Source: Chloroflexota bacterium (lineage in GTDB: Bacteria > Chloroflexota > Dehalococcoidia > Lucifugimonadales > JADFKI01). From it: a stretch of DNA of 64,000 nucleotides. The stretch spans positions 33,099 to 97,098 of the forward strand of contig VXNZ01000050.1 in NCBI GenBank assembly GCA_009840355.1, written 5' to 3'. The stretch's first letter is position 1. Each line of letters starts with the position of its first letter. This document shows, one piece after another, positions 29,124 to 38,828 of this stretch. The position numbers were made by a program, and so were the translations under genes. The notes under the pieces were generated by a model. The model made no database searches, was not told the origin of the DNA, and was given only the letters and a program-made list of their open reading frames with translations.

Positions 29124-32100
29124 GTGCGCTTTCTTCGAAATCCTGCTAACATTAATCGTTGCCCTACCGCCTTATCTCTCCGCCCTCTTCGAGAAAGATT
29201 AGTAGAGAAGGTTAGAGTAAGGGGGCAAGCCCGGATTACGCCACACAAAGCCCAACTGAGAGTCGCCACATTGCTTTCAATCCACACCGATCCGTTTGAC
29301 GATGCTTGGGTCGCCTTCGACCTCGAAACGACCGGACTCAACGCCGATAGAGGCGATGCCATTATCGAGATTGGTGCTGCCAAGTTTCAGGGCGGTAAAA
29401 CGCTCGACACATTCGAGCGCTTCGTGAATCCACAGCGGAGAATATCCCCCTTCATCACGGCGCTGACCGGCATTCAACAGCGCGAGCTAGACCGCGCGGA
29501 CACCATCGACCGCGTTGCGCCTGAATTCGTCGCATTCGTTGGCACTGCGCCCCTCATCGCACACAACGCAGGCTTTGACCTCGGCTTCTTGCGAAATAGC
29601 GGTATCGAGTTGCCGAACCCCATCGTGGATACATACGACCTTGCGTATGTTCTGCGACCGGACGAACCGAGTTACGCGTTGGAACAATTAGCGCAGAACT
29701 TGGAACTTCCGAATATCCGCAAGCAGCGCAAACAGGACAGGGCGCACCGCGCTGTCTATGACGCCATTGTAAGCAAAATGCTCTTCCTGAGCCTGCTGGA
29801 AGACGCCGCCGCGCTCGATCCGATGACGCTCGCCGCCATGCAGCGTATAGCGCAATCGTCTGGCTGGTCGATGTCGTATCTGCTTGATGGCATCGCCGCC
29901 AACCCGCGCGTTATATCCGGCGGTTACCCGCCTCTAACATCGTCAGCGATTGCGGAATCGTCCGATGCGTCTATACAGGATGCGAATTCAGACGAGGATG
30001 AGTCTAAAGTCGGCTTGAACGGATTGGATATGCAGCGCATCACCCGCAGATTGCACAGCGGCGGTGCGCTGAAAGAGAACGAGCGAATAACGCCCATCGA
30101 TGCGGATATGGTCGCGTCGATGTTCAGCGAAGGCGGCGAGCTTTCGCGGGCGCTGGACGGCTTTGAGTCGCGCGCCGAACAAGTACAGATGGCGCAGGCG
30201 GTTACGGAGGCTATCAACGACGGCGAGCGCATCATCATCGAGGCGGGCACCGGCGTCGGCAAGTCGCTCGCGTACCTGCTGCCCGCCGCGCTCTACGCCC
30301 TCGCCAACGGCAAGCGCGTGGTCATTTCCACCAACACCATAAACCTTCAAGAGCAGCTGCTGAACAAGGATGTGCCCATCCTCGTAGAGGCGCTGAAGTT
30401 TGCGGACGACGACGGCGAAGAAGACGAAGACGGGCTGCGATTCGCCTCGCTGAAGGGACGCGCGAATTACCTGTGCATGCGCCGCTGGAACGCAATGTAC
30501 GCCTCCGAGCCGACTTCTGAAGAGGCGCGACTGCTCGCCAAGACTATGCTCTGGCTGCAATCGACCGCGAGCGGCGACCGCGCCGAAATCAACTTAGGGC
30601 ATCGCGACGCAGCCGCTCCGTGGGACAGGTTGTCTGCGAACAACGCGCGTGGCTGTATGCGAAATGAGAGCGTCTGCTTCCTGCGCGCTGCCCGCGAACG
30701 CGCCGCCGCGTCGCACCTGATTGTCGTCAACCACGCGCTGCTTCTGTCGAACGCGCTCGTAGGCAGGATAATTCCGGACTACGATGTGCTAATCATCGAC
30801 GAAGCGCACCATCTCGAAGAGGAAGCCACCAAGCATCTCGGCTTCGAGCTGACGCAGGCGCGCTTCGGCGAACATTTCCAGAATCTAAGCGGCGACGCCG
30901 GGCTGCCCAATCAGGCAACTATGGCATTCCGCACCGCGCTGTCGGATGTTACAGACCGCAAGGAAACCGTGGATACGGTCGTCGATGAGATTGCGAGGCT
31001 GATGCCCCGCGTGCGCGATTATGTCCCGCGTACTTTGGCGCAAATGGGAACGATGGTGAAGCCCACGGACAGCGGACGCCAGCAGCCGGCATACGCGCAG
31101 CAGGTTCGCGTCACGAAGGGCATGCGGGCGAATCCGAAGTGGTCCGAGATAGAAATCGGCTGGGAGAACGCGGACCTTGCGCTCCTAGAACTGGGCAAGC
31201 TGCTGGGGAATTTGCACAAGGCATTGGAAGGCATGGACGAGGCGGGCTTGCTAAACTACGAATCGCTGATGAACGATCTTGCCGACGCAGCGCAGGCGAA
31301 CGATACGCTGCGCCGCAATCTGCACGAATTCGTGGTCGCGCCGGAGGACGACGCAATTTACTGGCTCACGCTGTCGGCACAGCGCCAAGACTTGTCGCTG
31401 CACGCCGCGCCGCTGCATGTCGCGGAACATCTGGACGACCTGATATTCTCGCAGACCCGCAGCGTCATAATGACCAGCGCGACGCTCAGCACAGAGCAGA
31501 ACTTCAATCACATCGTGGAACGCACCGGCTTCAAGGACGCGCGCGCACTGCTGCTAGGCTCTCCATTCGACTACCCGAATGTCGCCGCGCTCTGCCTGCC
31601 GAACGACATACCCGCGCCGAATTCGTGGGCGTATCAGGATGCGCTGGACAACACTATAAAGGATACCGCGATCGCCGCCGATGGACGCACGATGGCGCTC
31701 TTCACATCGTACAGCGCGCTGCGCAAGACGGCGTCCAACATCAGGAACGACCTGAAGGCGCGCGGCATAGAGGTCTTGCAGCAGGGCAATGATGGTCCGC
31801 CGGCTCAGATCGTGCGCCGCTTCATGCAGAATCCGCGCGCCGTGCTGCTGGGCACCGCCAGCTTCTGGGAGGGCGTTGATCTGCCCGGCGATGCGCTCAG
31901 CGCACTGATAATCGCCAAACTGCCCTTCGATGTGCCCAATGAGCCAGTCTTCCAGGCGCGCTCCGAGTTGTACGACAACGCCTTTATGCAGTACAGCGTG
32001 CCCCGCGCGATACTGCGTCTGCGGCAGGGCTTCGGCCGCCTAATCCGCACCAAAACCGACAGAGGCGTGGTCGTAATCCTAGACGGCAGAGTAACCGGCA

Positions 32101-32204
32101 GCCGCTACGGCTCCGCCTTCCTGCGCTCCCTACCCCCAGCCCGCCAAGTGAAGTGCAGCCTACACGAGATACCAGCGGTTGTCCGGAAGCAGCTGCACGG
32201 TTAG
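29124..32204 (+). CDS. dinG: DnaQ-like 3'-5' exonuclease fused to DinG-family ATP-dependent helicase
   Basis: ExoI motif VAFDLETTGL plus AHNAGFDLGFL and HRAVYDA. Helicase Walker A AGTGVGKSLAYLLPA and DEAH box IIDEAHHLEE. The true start may be a downstream TTG near 29268 because the first ~45 codons look non-conserved. Confidence 0.85.
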   Translation: MRFLRNPANINRCPTALSLRPLRERLVEKVRVRGQARITPHKAQLRVATLLSIHTDPFDDAWVAFDLETTGLNADRGDAIIEIGAAKFQGGKTLDTFERFVNPQRRISPFITALTGIQQRELDRADTIDRVAPEFVAFVGTAPLIAHNAGFDLGFLRNSGIELPNPIVDTYDLAYVLRPDEPSYALEQLAQNLELPNIRKQRKQDRAHRAVYDAIVSKMLFLSLLEDAAALDPMTLAAMQRIAQSSGWSMSYLLDGIAANPRVISGGYPPLTSSAIAESSDASIQDANSDEDESKVGLNGLDMQRITRRLHSGGALKENERITPIDADMVASMFSEGGELSRALDGFESRAEQVQMAQAVTEAINDGERIIIEAGTGVGKSLAYLLPAALYALANGKRVVISTNTINLQEQLLNKDVPILVEALKFADDDGEEDEDGLRFASLKGRANYLCMRRWNAMYASEPTSEEARLLAKTMLWLQSTASGDRAEINLGHRDAAAPWDRLSANNARGCMRNESVCFLRAARERAAASHLIVVNHALLLSNALVGRIIPDYDVLIIDEAHHLEEEATKHLGFELTQARFGEHFQNLSGDAGLPNQATMAFRTALSDVTDRKETVDTVVDEIARLMPRVRDYVPRTLAQMGTMVKPTDSGRQQPAYAQQVRVTKGMRANPKWSEIEIGWENADLALLELGKLLGNLHKALEGMDEAGLLNYESLMNDLADAAQANDTLRRNLHEFVVAPEDDAIYWLTLSAQRQDLSLHAAPLHVAEHLDDLIFSQTRSVIMTSATLSTEQNFNHIVERTGFKDARALLLGSPFDYPNVAALCLPNDIPAPNSWAYQDALDNTIKDTAIAADGRTMALFTSYSALRKTASNIRNDLKARGIEVLQQGNDGPPAQIVRRFMQNPRAVLLGTASFWEGVDLPGDALSALIIAKLPFDVPNEPVFQARSELYDNAFMQYSVPRAILRLRQGFGRLIRTKTDRGVVVILDGRVTGSRYGSAFLRSLPPARQVKCSLHEIPAVVRKQLHG

Positions 32205-32272
32205 CGGCGCGATACGAATCCGTTCTCCCATGCTATACTGTCGCTAAATCAGACTACGGATAATGGAAGAAT

Positions 32273-32719
32273 TTGACAACCCTGCGCGACGACTCCGAGC
32301 AAAGAGTGGCGATATGGTCGATAGCGCCCCAGGCAATCGGGGCGTACTTCGCCATATTCTTGGCGCAATACATACCGCTGGTGACGATGGAAGCATACGC
32401 GCGCATACAGCAGGCGCAAGGCGATTCGTTCAGCGAGATAGCGCGCGACATCGTAAGGTCATCAGGTCCCCTGGGTGGTGGCGCCGCAATGAACGCCCTA
32501 GCCGTCGCGCTATGTGTGGAGGCAATAATGGTTCTAGCAAGCTGGCTAAGAAAAAAACAACTCGAGGAGGGAATCAAGATAGGGCGCACGGAAGGCGTTG
32601 AAATCGGCGTTCAGAAAGAGCGCAGGCGGACGCACGCCAAACTGCGCGCATGGGCGAAAGAGAACGGCGTTCCTTTCGAAAACCTGCCGATTGATATTGG
32701 GGATGAGGACGACGATTAG
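32273..32719 (+). CDS. Hypothetical protein (two hydrophobic segments, acidic tail)
   Basis: 148-aa ORF in a gap with no competing gene. No family recognised. Confidence 0.35.
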   Translation: MTTLRDDSEQRVAIWSIAPQAIGAYFAIFLAQYIPLVTMEAYARIQQAQGDSFSEIARDIVRSSGPLGGGAAMNALAVALCVEAIMVLASWLRKKQLEEGIKIGRTEGVEIGVQKERRRTHAKLRAWAKENGVPFENLPIDIGDEDDD

Positions 32720-32773
32720 CGCCTGACTTCGCTTGCCACGCGAAATCATATCATCCGCACGAAGCTGCACGGC

Positions 32774-33724
32774 TTATCCTGACGCGCCATCCAAATAGCG
32801 CTTATGGTGGAACATGTACTGGTTCGCGTAGCCGGCGTGCATGCCGTAGCGGTCTAGCGCCCACTCGCGCATCTCGCGCTTTTGTTTTTCGGTGGGCGCG
32901 GACTTGTTGCCGTTGCGGTTTAGTGGCGGTGGAACGGGGGCGTCCGGATACCAGTCTCGCAGCGCCTTCACTATCCACACATCCACCGGGAACGCCTGCG
33001 GCTTGTCCAGCGAGAACAACAGCACGCAGTTCGCCACCTTGTCCGCGACTCCGCGCAGCTTGACCAATTCTGCGAGCGCGTGGTCGTACTCTGACTCTCT
33101 CAGCGCGTACAAATCCGGACCGTCGCCCGCGACAATCCCTTGCGCTGCCCCTATCACGTTCTGCGCGCGAAAGCCTAACTTCAGGTCGCGCAATGCTTGC
33201 TCACCGGCATCGCATAGTGCGCCGGGAGGCGGGAATGCGCTTCTGCTGCCAGCCGACTCCACACCCGAATCGCCGTTATCCTCCGGCGACATATCAAACT
33301 GCGGCAGCGCACTGCCATAGTTCGCCGCCATGTTCTCGACGTTCTGCGTGATGCGTGGGATGTTGTTGTTCGCAGAGCAGATGAAGGATACTAGGCACTC
33401 CCAAGGCTCCTGTCGCAGCACACGCAGCCCACGATGCCGCTCAACCGCGTCAGCGAGATGCTCGTCCTCGCTCAGCGCCGTGTATATCGCGTCCATGTCA
33501 TCGTCCACGCGAAGATAGTCGCGCACAAGCGGCTCAAGCGACGCCTCCCTGTCCGGCGCACTCGTGAACTCGATGCCATCATCGACGCGGCGCATCCTGA
33601 CCGCATTGCCAAATATCACGCCGCCGAACCAGCCATCACCCTCATCGCGCCACCGGAACGCCTGCCCGCCGCAAAGCGTGGCGCGCAAGTCATAAGCCCC
33701 CGCAAACGGAATCAGCATAGCCAA
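32774..33724 (-). CDS. ogg: 8-oxoguanine DNA glycosylase (OGG1-type, HhH-GPD superfamily)
   Basis: LCGGQAFRW N-terminal motif. HhH-GPD region GVADKVANCVLLFSL...AFPVDVWI with catalytic Lys and Asp contexts. Confidence 0.8.
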   Translation of the reverse strand: MAMLIPFAGAYDLRATLCGGQAFRWRDEGDGWFGGVIFGNAVRMRRVDDGIEFTSAPDREASLEPLVRDYLRVDDDMDAIYTALSEDEHLADAVERHRGLRVLRQEPWECLVSFICSANNNIPRITQNVENMAANYGSALPQFDMSPEDNGDSGVESAGSRSAFPPPGALCDAGEQALRDLKLGFRAQNVIGAAQGIVAGDGPDLYALRESEYDHALAELVKLRGVADKVANCVLLFSLDKPQAFPVDVWIVKALRDWYPDAPVPPPLNRNGNKSAPTEKQKREMREWALDRYGMHAGYANQYMFHHKRYLDGASG

Positions 33725-33839
33725 ACCTTCCTACGCAAATATCAACTGAAAGGCGATTATACCATCCTATACATCCTGTCTATCCTGTTAATTCCGGTGT
33801 TGAGAATAGGGCATCGTAGTTTCTGCTAGAATCAGGGAC

Positions 33840-35330
33840 ATGCTTGCATCCGCACTTGTTGACAAGCCGACTTACCGCTGGTGGGTGTTTTCCGCCGTTG
33901 CGCTGGGGACTTTGACCTCGGTCGTCAATCACGGCGGTATGTCTGTCGCACTTCCGACCATCGCGCAGTACTTCGACGCTGACCTATCGACGGTGCAGTG
34001 GGTTGTCATAGCAGAAGGGCTGGCGATAAGCGCCCTTCTGCTGCCGATGGGCAGGCTATCCGACATCGTGGGCAGGAAGCTCATATATGTCGTCGGGCTT
34101 GTCATCTTTGTCGCGGCAGCTATATTCGCCGCGACCTCTGGCAGCATTATCGCGCTGATTGCCGCCAAAGCCGTGCAGGGGCTTGGCGCGGCGATGACGC
34201 AGGGCACCGGCATGGCGATGATTACCACCGTCTTCCCCAGCGAAGAGCGCGGCAAAGGTATCGGATCGCATGCGAGCGTCGTTGGTACGGGCGGCGTGCT
34301 TGGTCCCATCGCCGGTGGCTTCCTGATAACCGCATTCGACTGGCGGTGGCTGTTCTACATCAACATCCTGATGGGCATCGCCACGATGATTGTCGTGCTG
34401 CTGATAATCCGCGGCGATGTGTTCCGGCAGGACTCGCGCAACCGCAGCTACGACTACGCAGGCGCGGCGCTGTCCACCGCGGTGCTGCTATCCTTCCTGC
34501 TCACCGTGTCCAACGGCTCGCGCATGGGCTGGACGTCTCCGCCGATAATGCTCGGCGCGATGGGATTTTTCGCGTTCCTAGTAGCGTTCATCTGGTGGGA
34601 AATGCGCGCATCGTCGCCTATGCTGGATATGTCAATGTTCCGCAGCAGGGTGTTCAGCATCGGCATCGGTACGAACTTCATGTCGTTCTTGGGCATAACG
34701 TCGTCGCGATTTTTGCTGCCATTCTACCTTCAGGCGGCGCTGGGATACACACCGGCGCTGGTGGGCTTGGCGCTGCTGCCCAATGCCGCAAGCAGGATTG
34801 TGATGGGGCCAGTCAGCGGACGCCTGTCCGACCGATACGGCTGGAAGCCATTCAACATCATCGGGCTGCTGCTGTCCGCGAGCGGTTTGGTTGTCCTCGC
34901 ATTCCTCTCCGCATCGACATCCATAGTCATTGTAATCGCCGGCATACTCTTGCAGAGCATCGGGTCCGGACTCTTCCAATCGCCCAACTCCGCGTCGATA
35001 TTCAGCGCGGCTACGCCGGAGCGGCACGGCGTGGTCGCTGCGTTCGTGAACCTATCTCGCAACTCCGGCAATGTGACGGGCACGGCAGTCGCCGCGTCCA
35101 TCGTTACCGCTGTAATGGTCGGCGCAGGCTTTGAAGTGAAGATAGACGCCGTGCTCGACGCGGCACCCGGCTCGGCACTGCTGGACTCGTTCTTGGACGG
35201 GCTGCAGACGGCGTTTCTAACAATGGCGACGCTGCAAATCATCGGCGCGATAGCATCCGTATTCAAGACCGACCCAAAACCCGAAATACCGGCAGACCTG
35301 ACGCCCGACACGGTTGGCGCGCGGCGGTGA
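33840..35330 (+). CDS. MFS transporter (14-TMS drug:H+ antiporter-like)
   Basis: GRLSDIVGRKLIY (MFS motif A), many hydrophobic segments, 496 aa. Confidence 0.85.
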   Translation: MLASALVDKPTYRWWVFSAVALGTLTSVVNHGGMSVALPTIAQYFDADLSTVQWVVIAEGLAISALLLPMGRLSDIVGRKLIYVVGLVIFVAAAIFAATSGSIIALIAAKAVQGLGAAMTQGTGMAMITTVFPSEERGKGIGSHASVVGTGGVLGPIAGGFLITAFDWRWLFYINILMGIATMIVVLLIIRGDVFRQDSRNRSYDYAGAALSTAVLLSFLLTVSNGSRMGWTSPPIMLGAMGFFAFLVAFIWWEMRASSPMLDMSMFRSRVFSIGIGTNFMSFLGITSSRFLLPFYLQAALGYTPALVGLALLPNAASRIVMGPVSGRLSDRYGWKPFNIIGLLLSASGLVVLAFLSASTSIVIVIAGILLQSIGSGLFQSPNSASIFSAATPERHGVVAAFVNLSRNSGNVTGTAVAASIVTAVMVGAGFEVKIDAVLDAAPGSALLDSFLDGLQTAFLTMATLQIIGAIASVFKTDPKPEIPADLTPDTVGARR

Positions 35331-35554
35331 AATTGACATTCACATACAGGGAAATACAGGATGGGCAGGATTTGGCTTGGCGCGTTGTATCCTGCACTTC
35401 CTGTCCATCGACCTTAATTGTATCGATGAAATTATGTAGGCGCTGAAACGATTGACGACATCGGGGTGCGGTGCTATCGTCAAGGTAGATAACACGCGGC
35501 GGCAAGTTGCATCGGACAACGGACATGTCTGCCGCCCGGCTAAGGTAGGCATTT

Positions 35555-36844
35555 TTGGCACAGAGCACAATAAGGGCGCCGGCGTCCACTGCCGCCGGTG
35601 CCGCCGAACGGCAGTCCTTCGCTGAGCGACTCAGGCAATCTCCCATCGCCGAGACACTAGCGATCCCCGACTTTCGCTGGATTTGGCTTGGGTCGTTTGC
35701 GTCGTTCACCGCAATGAACATGCAAATGATTACCCGCGGATGGCTTGTGTTGCGGCTAGAAAACGACTCGCCGTCCGCGCTAACCTGGGCGATGGTGTCG
35801 TTCGCCGCGCCGATGGCTATTATCTCCCTGTTCGGCGGCGCGCTGTCGGACAGAATGCCGAAGAAGTACCTTATATTCGGCAGCCAGTTGGGGAACGCCG
35901 CTCTCACCCTTGTCGTGGGTATGATGGACGCCACCGGCACCATCTGGCTCGGCGCATTGATGGCGTTGGGAGTGCTGAACGGCTCGATGTTCGCGCTCAA
36001 CATGCCAAGCCGCCAAGCCATCATATCCGAGATTGTGCCGCGTGACCGCGTGATGAACGCCGTCGCCCTGAACAACGCATCCATGAACCTGACGCGCGCG
36101 GCAGGACCTGCAGTCGCCGGCATTCTCATTGCCTTCTTCAGCACCGCTCTCGTCTTCTATATCGTGTCCATCGTGTATGTCATCTCTGGCTTTTCCGTTC
36201 TGCGCGTCAAGAGCATGGGAGTCCGGGCAAGCGGGCCACGCAAAAGCGTAACCGGCGACATCAAGGAAGGCTTGAATTACGCCTTGGGAGACAAGACACT
36301 CAGGGGCCTCATCATCATGGCGTTTCTGCCGGCGATGTTCGGCTTCACGCTCTTCGCCCTAATGCCCGCGTGGGCGCGCGAGCAGCTCAACGTAACATCG
36401 TTCGACCTCGGTTACCTGATGGCTGTTATGGGCATAGGCGCTCTGGTCGGCACCCTCGGGCTGGCGTCTATGCGGAACCTCGGCAATCGTGGCATAATCC
36501 TTCTCGTCATCAGCGTGATATGGGGTATATCCGTCGTGGGCGTCGCGTTCTCCGCCGAGTTCGTCTCCGCGATATTCTTCCTTGTCATTAACGGCCTCCT
36601 CAGCTCGCTCTACATGTCGCTGAACATGACCCTGTCGCAGATATACGCCGACCCCGAGAAGCGCGGTCGAGTCATGAGCCTGTTCATGATGACGTTCGGG
36701 CTGATGCCCATCGGCGCGATACCGTTCGGCGAATTCGCCGAAGTAATCGGCACGGGGCAGGCGCTCAGCATAAGCGGCATGATTCTGACCGGACTGACTA
36801 TCATATTCGCCTTCGCGTATCCCCACTTCCGCCGGATACAATAG
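35555..36844 (+). CDS. MFS transporter
   Basis: GGALSDRMPKK motif-A-like loop and ~12 hydrophobic segments. Confidence 0.8.
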   Translation: MAQSTIRAPASTAAGAAERQSFAERLRQSPIAETLAIPDFRWIWLGSFASFTAMNMQMITRGWLVLRLENDSPSALTWAMVSFAAPMAIISLFGGALSDRMPKKYLIFGSQLGNAALTLVVGMMDATGTIWLGALMALGVLNGSMFALNMPSRQAIISEIVPRDRVMNAVALNNASMNLTRAAGPAVAGILIAFFSTALVFYIVSIVYVISGFSVLRVKSMGVRASGPRKSVTGDIKEGLNYALGDKTLRGLIIMAFLPAMFGFTLFALMPAWAREQLNVTSFDLGYLMAVMGIGALVGTLGLASMRNLGNRGIILLVISVIWGISVVGVAFSAEFVSAIFFLVINGLLSSLYMSLNMTLSQIYADPEKRGRVMSLFMMTFGLMPIGAIPFGEFAEVIGTGQALSISGMILTGLTIIFAFAYPHFRRIQ

Positions 36845-36856
36845 CAACCTTGATGA

Positions 36857-36892
36857 TCCCTTTCCTCTAAGGGGGAAGGTTAGGAAAGGGGC
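36857..36892. repeat. REP-like hairpin element (variant)
   Basis: CCCTTTCCTCTAAGGGGGAAGGTTAGGAAAGGGGC. Confidence 0.6.
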
Positions 36893-36916
36893 ATTGTATG
36901 CATTATGCCATCTTCG

Positions 36917-37128
36917 GGTTTCGCGGCAGGGCAATCGCATCTTGCTATGCTTGGAATAATGATTGCTCTGATGTATCTGATTGAGTGAATATCGGCTGTG
37001 TATTTGACTGAACAACTCTTTAGATTGTGTATTTCAGCAAATATCTGCCGTTTGAAAGAAGTGGCGACGGCTGACTTTCCGAAGTTTCGCGTCAGACAAA
37101 TTAGATGCGATTGCCCTGGGTTTCGCGG
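36917..37128. mobile_element. MITE-like non-autonomous element with 16-bp terminal inverted repeats and 10-bp direct flanking repeats
   Basis: TIRs CAGGGCAATCGCATCT (36927-36942) and AGATGCGATTGCCCTG (37103-37118) are perfect reverse complements. They are flanked outside by the direct repeat GGTTTCGCGG (36917-36926 and 37119-37128). The ~160-bp interior is AT-rich with no ORF. Confidence 0.55.
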
Positions 37129-37275
37129 TATAAACTCGGATTACGAGACGAATGTCTGCTATGATTGACGCCTGACAAGTAAGGCGCGGCAGTCATAGGC
37201 GCAGCCGCGGCAATTATAGCCAGCCAATAAAGACTAGATGAAACCCTCTGGGCAAAGCATAACACCCCGCTCCAA

Positions 37276-38136
37276 GTGATTATCGACTTCCATACGCACA
37301 TATTCCCGCCGTCCATGCGTAAGAACCGCGAGCGACACATACGGCGAGACCGTACATTCGCCGCGCTGTACGCCAATCCCAAAGCACGCATGGCGACCGC
37401 CGAAAACCTGATTGCCGCGATGGACGAAGACGGCGTGGATGTCGCGGTAGCGATGGGCATCGGCTGGACAGACCATGACACCGCGCGCGAGGCGAACGAC
37501 TACATCATCGAAGCGTCACAGCGCTACGAAGGACGCATCGTAGGTTTCGCGAGCGTCAATCCGGCGTGGGGTACGGCTGCGAACGGCTGCGACTTAGCGG
37601 CGCGTGAAGCCGAACGATGCGCGGACGCCGGACTGAGCGGCATCGGCGAGCTGCACCCGGATACGCAGGCATTCGACCTCGGCGACAGGGACACGATGGC
37701 AAGCCTAATGTCGGTCATCGAAGAGCGCGGTTTAATCCTGAATACGCATTCGTCTGAGCCTGTGGGACACATTTACGCTGGCAAGGGCAGCGTTACGCCG
37801 GACATCCTGATGCGATTCATCGGCAACTTCCCGGATGCCACGATAGTCTGTGCCCACTGGGGCGGCGGGTTGCCATTCTACGCGCTGATGCCGGAAGTTA
37901 AAGCAGCGCTGCGCAATGTCTATTTCGACAGCGCGGCATCGCCATTCCTGTACACGCCGCAGATTTATTCGACGGTATCGTCGCTAGTCGGCGTGGATAA
38001 GGCGCTATTCGGCAGCGACTACTCGCTCCTGCGCCCACGCCGCCTGCTAGCCGAAATCGCCGCCGCTAATCTATCGCCGCAAGACCGCGCCGCCATACAA
38101 GGCGGGAACGCCGCGCGCCTGCTGGGGCTGGCGTAG
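37276..38136 (+). CDS. Amidohydrolase-2 (ACMSD-like) family metal-dependent hydrolase
   Basis: IIDFHTHIFPP N-terminal HxH motif and a later CAHWGGG. GTG start. Confidence 0.8.
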   Translation: MIIDFHTHIFPPSMRKNRERHIRRDRTFAALYANPKARMATAENLIAAMDEDGVDVAVAMGIGWTDHDTAREANDYIIEASQRYEGRIVGFASVNPAWGTAANGCDLAAREAERCADAGLSGIGELHPDTQAFDLGDRDTMASLMSVIEERGLILNTHSSEPVGHIYAGKGSVTPDILMRFIGNFPDATIVCAHWGGGLPFYALMPEVKAALRNVYFDSAASPFLYTPQIYSTVSSLVGVDKALFGSDYSLLRPRRLLAEIAAANLSPQDRAAIQGGNAARLLGLA

Positions 38137-38137
38137 T

Positions 38138-38545
38138 TCACATCAGCTTCACAGGCTCTTCTTCCCACCTGCCTTGTGAAGGACGCCACATGCGCATCTC
38201 ACCCCTCAGCGTGTCGCGCGGTTGAAGAAAGTCGTGAATAGCCGCCGCCCAATCAAGGTATGGCGTAGAAAGCCGCGTCTGATAAATTGTCAGAATGCCG
38301 CCGTGCTCCTCATGCAGTACGCCCCATTTGTAGAGCGCCGTCCAAAGCCAGTGCAGCCTGCGAAAGTCCCTGCGATCCTGAGTCACCAGCACCCAATCTC
38401 TTTCCGCGCTCAGTCGAAGGTGTGTAGCATCGTCCTCTGAAGAAGTTCCCACTTCATAAACCGTATGCACCGTGTAACCCATGCCGCGCAGAATGCCTTC
38501 CATTTCACGCGGCATGTTCTCATCGAAGTAGAGATGCTCAATCAC
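38138..38545 (-). CDS. DUF5615-family PIN-like putative toxin
   Basis: YFDENMPREM...GYTV...DDATHL...WVLVTQDRRDF, the typical DUF5615 pattern. Overlaps the upstream DUF433 gene by 8 nt. Confidence 0.6.
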   Translation of the reverse strand: MIEHLYFDENMPREMEGILRGMGYTVHTVYEVGTSSEDDATHLRLSAERDWVLVTQDRRDFRRLHWLWTALYKWGVLHEEHGGILTIYQTRLSTPYLDWAAAIHDFLQPRDTLRGEMRMWRPSQGRWEEEPVKLM

Positions 38546-38825
38546 GATGCCAGACCTCTTCAGGTTCAGGCTTGTATCTGTCCCAGTCTATCAGCCAGGG
38601 GTACTTCTCGGCGAAGTCAAGTGCGGCATTTATTTCCTCCAAGGTGAGGTAGCCTTTCCATCCATTATTCAAAATTTCCTCGGGCGTCAGTCCACGGTAT
38701 CTGGCATCAGATGCAAACAGGCAAACCTTTGGACCCTTTCCCTTTATTATCGGTTCGCCGTGCTTGCCTGGGCCCGTCGGTATCTCTATGAACTCGTTCT
38801 CATAGTCTTTTGTGGTTCTAACCAT
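38538..38825 (-). CDS. DUF433-like putative antitoxin
   Basis: GEPIIKGKGPKV...GLTPEEILNNGWKGYLTLEEINAALDFAEKY resembles the DUF433 pattern. Pairing with DUF5615 supports the call. Confidence 0.55.
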   Translation of the reverse strand: MVRTTKDYENEFIEIPTGPGKHGEPIIKGKGPKVCLFASDARYRGLTPEEILNNGWKGYLTLEEINAALDFAEKYPWLIDWDRYKPEPEEVWHRD

Positions 38826-38828
38826 CTG

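Noticed and set aside
33998-35134. 378-aa alternative-frame ORF within the first MFS transporter gene. Similar cases lie within the ABC-F gene (for example 4143..4820).
   Set aside because: The same strand or region is already explained by a motif-bearing gene. The translations are Arg/Gly/Ala-rich with no hydrophobic-segment pattern.
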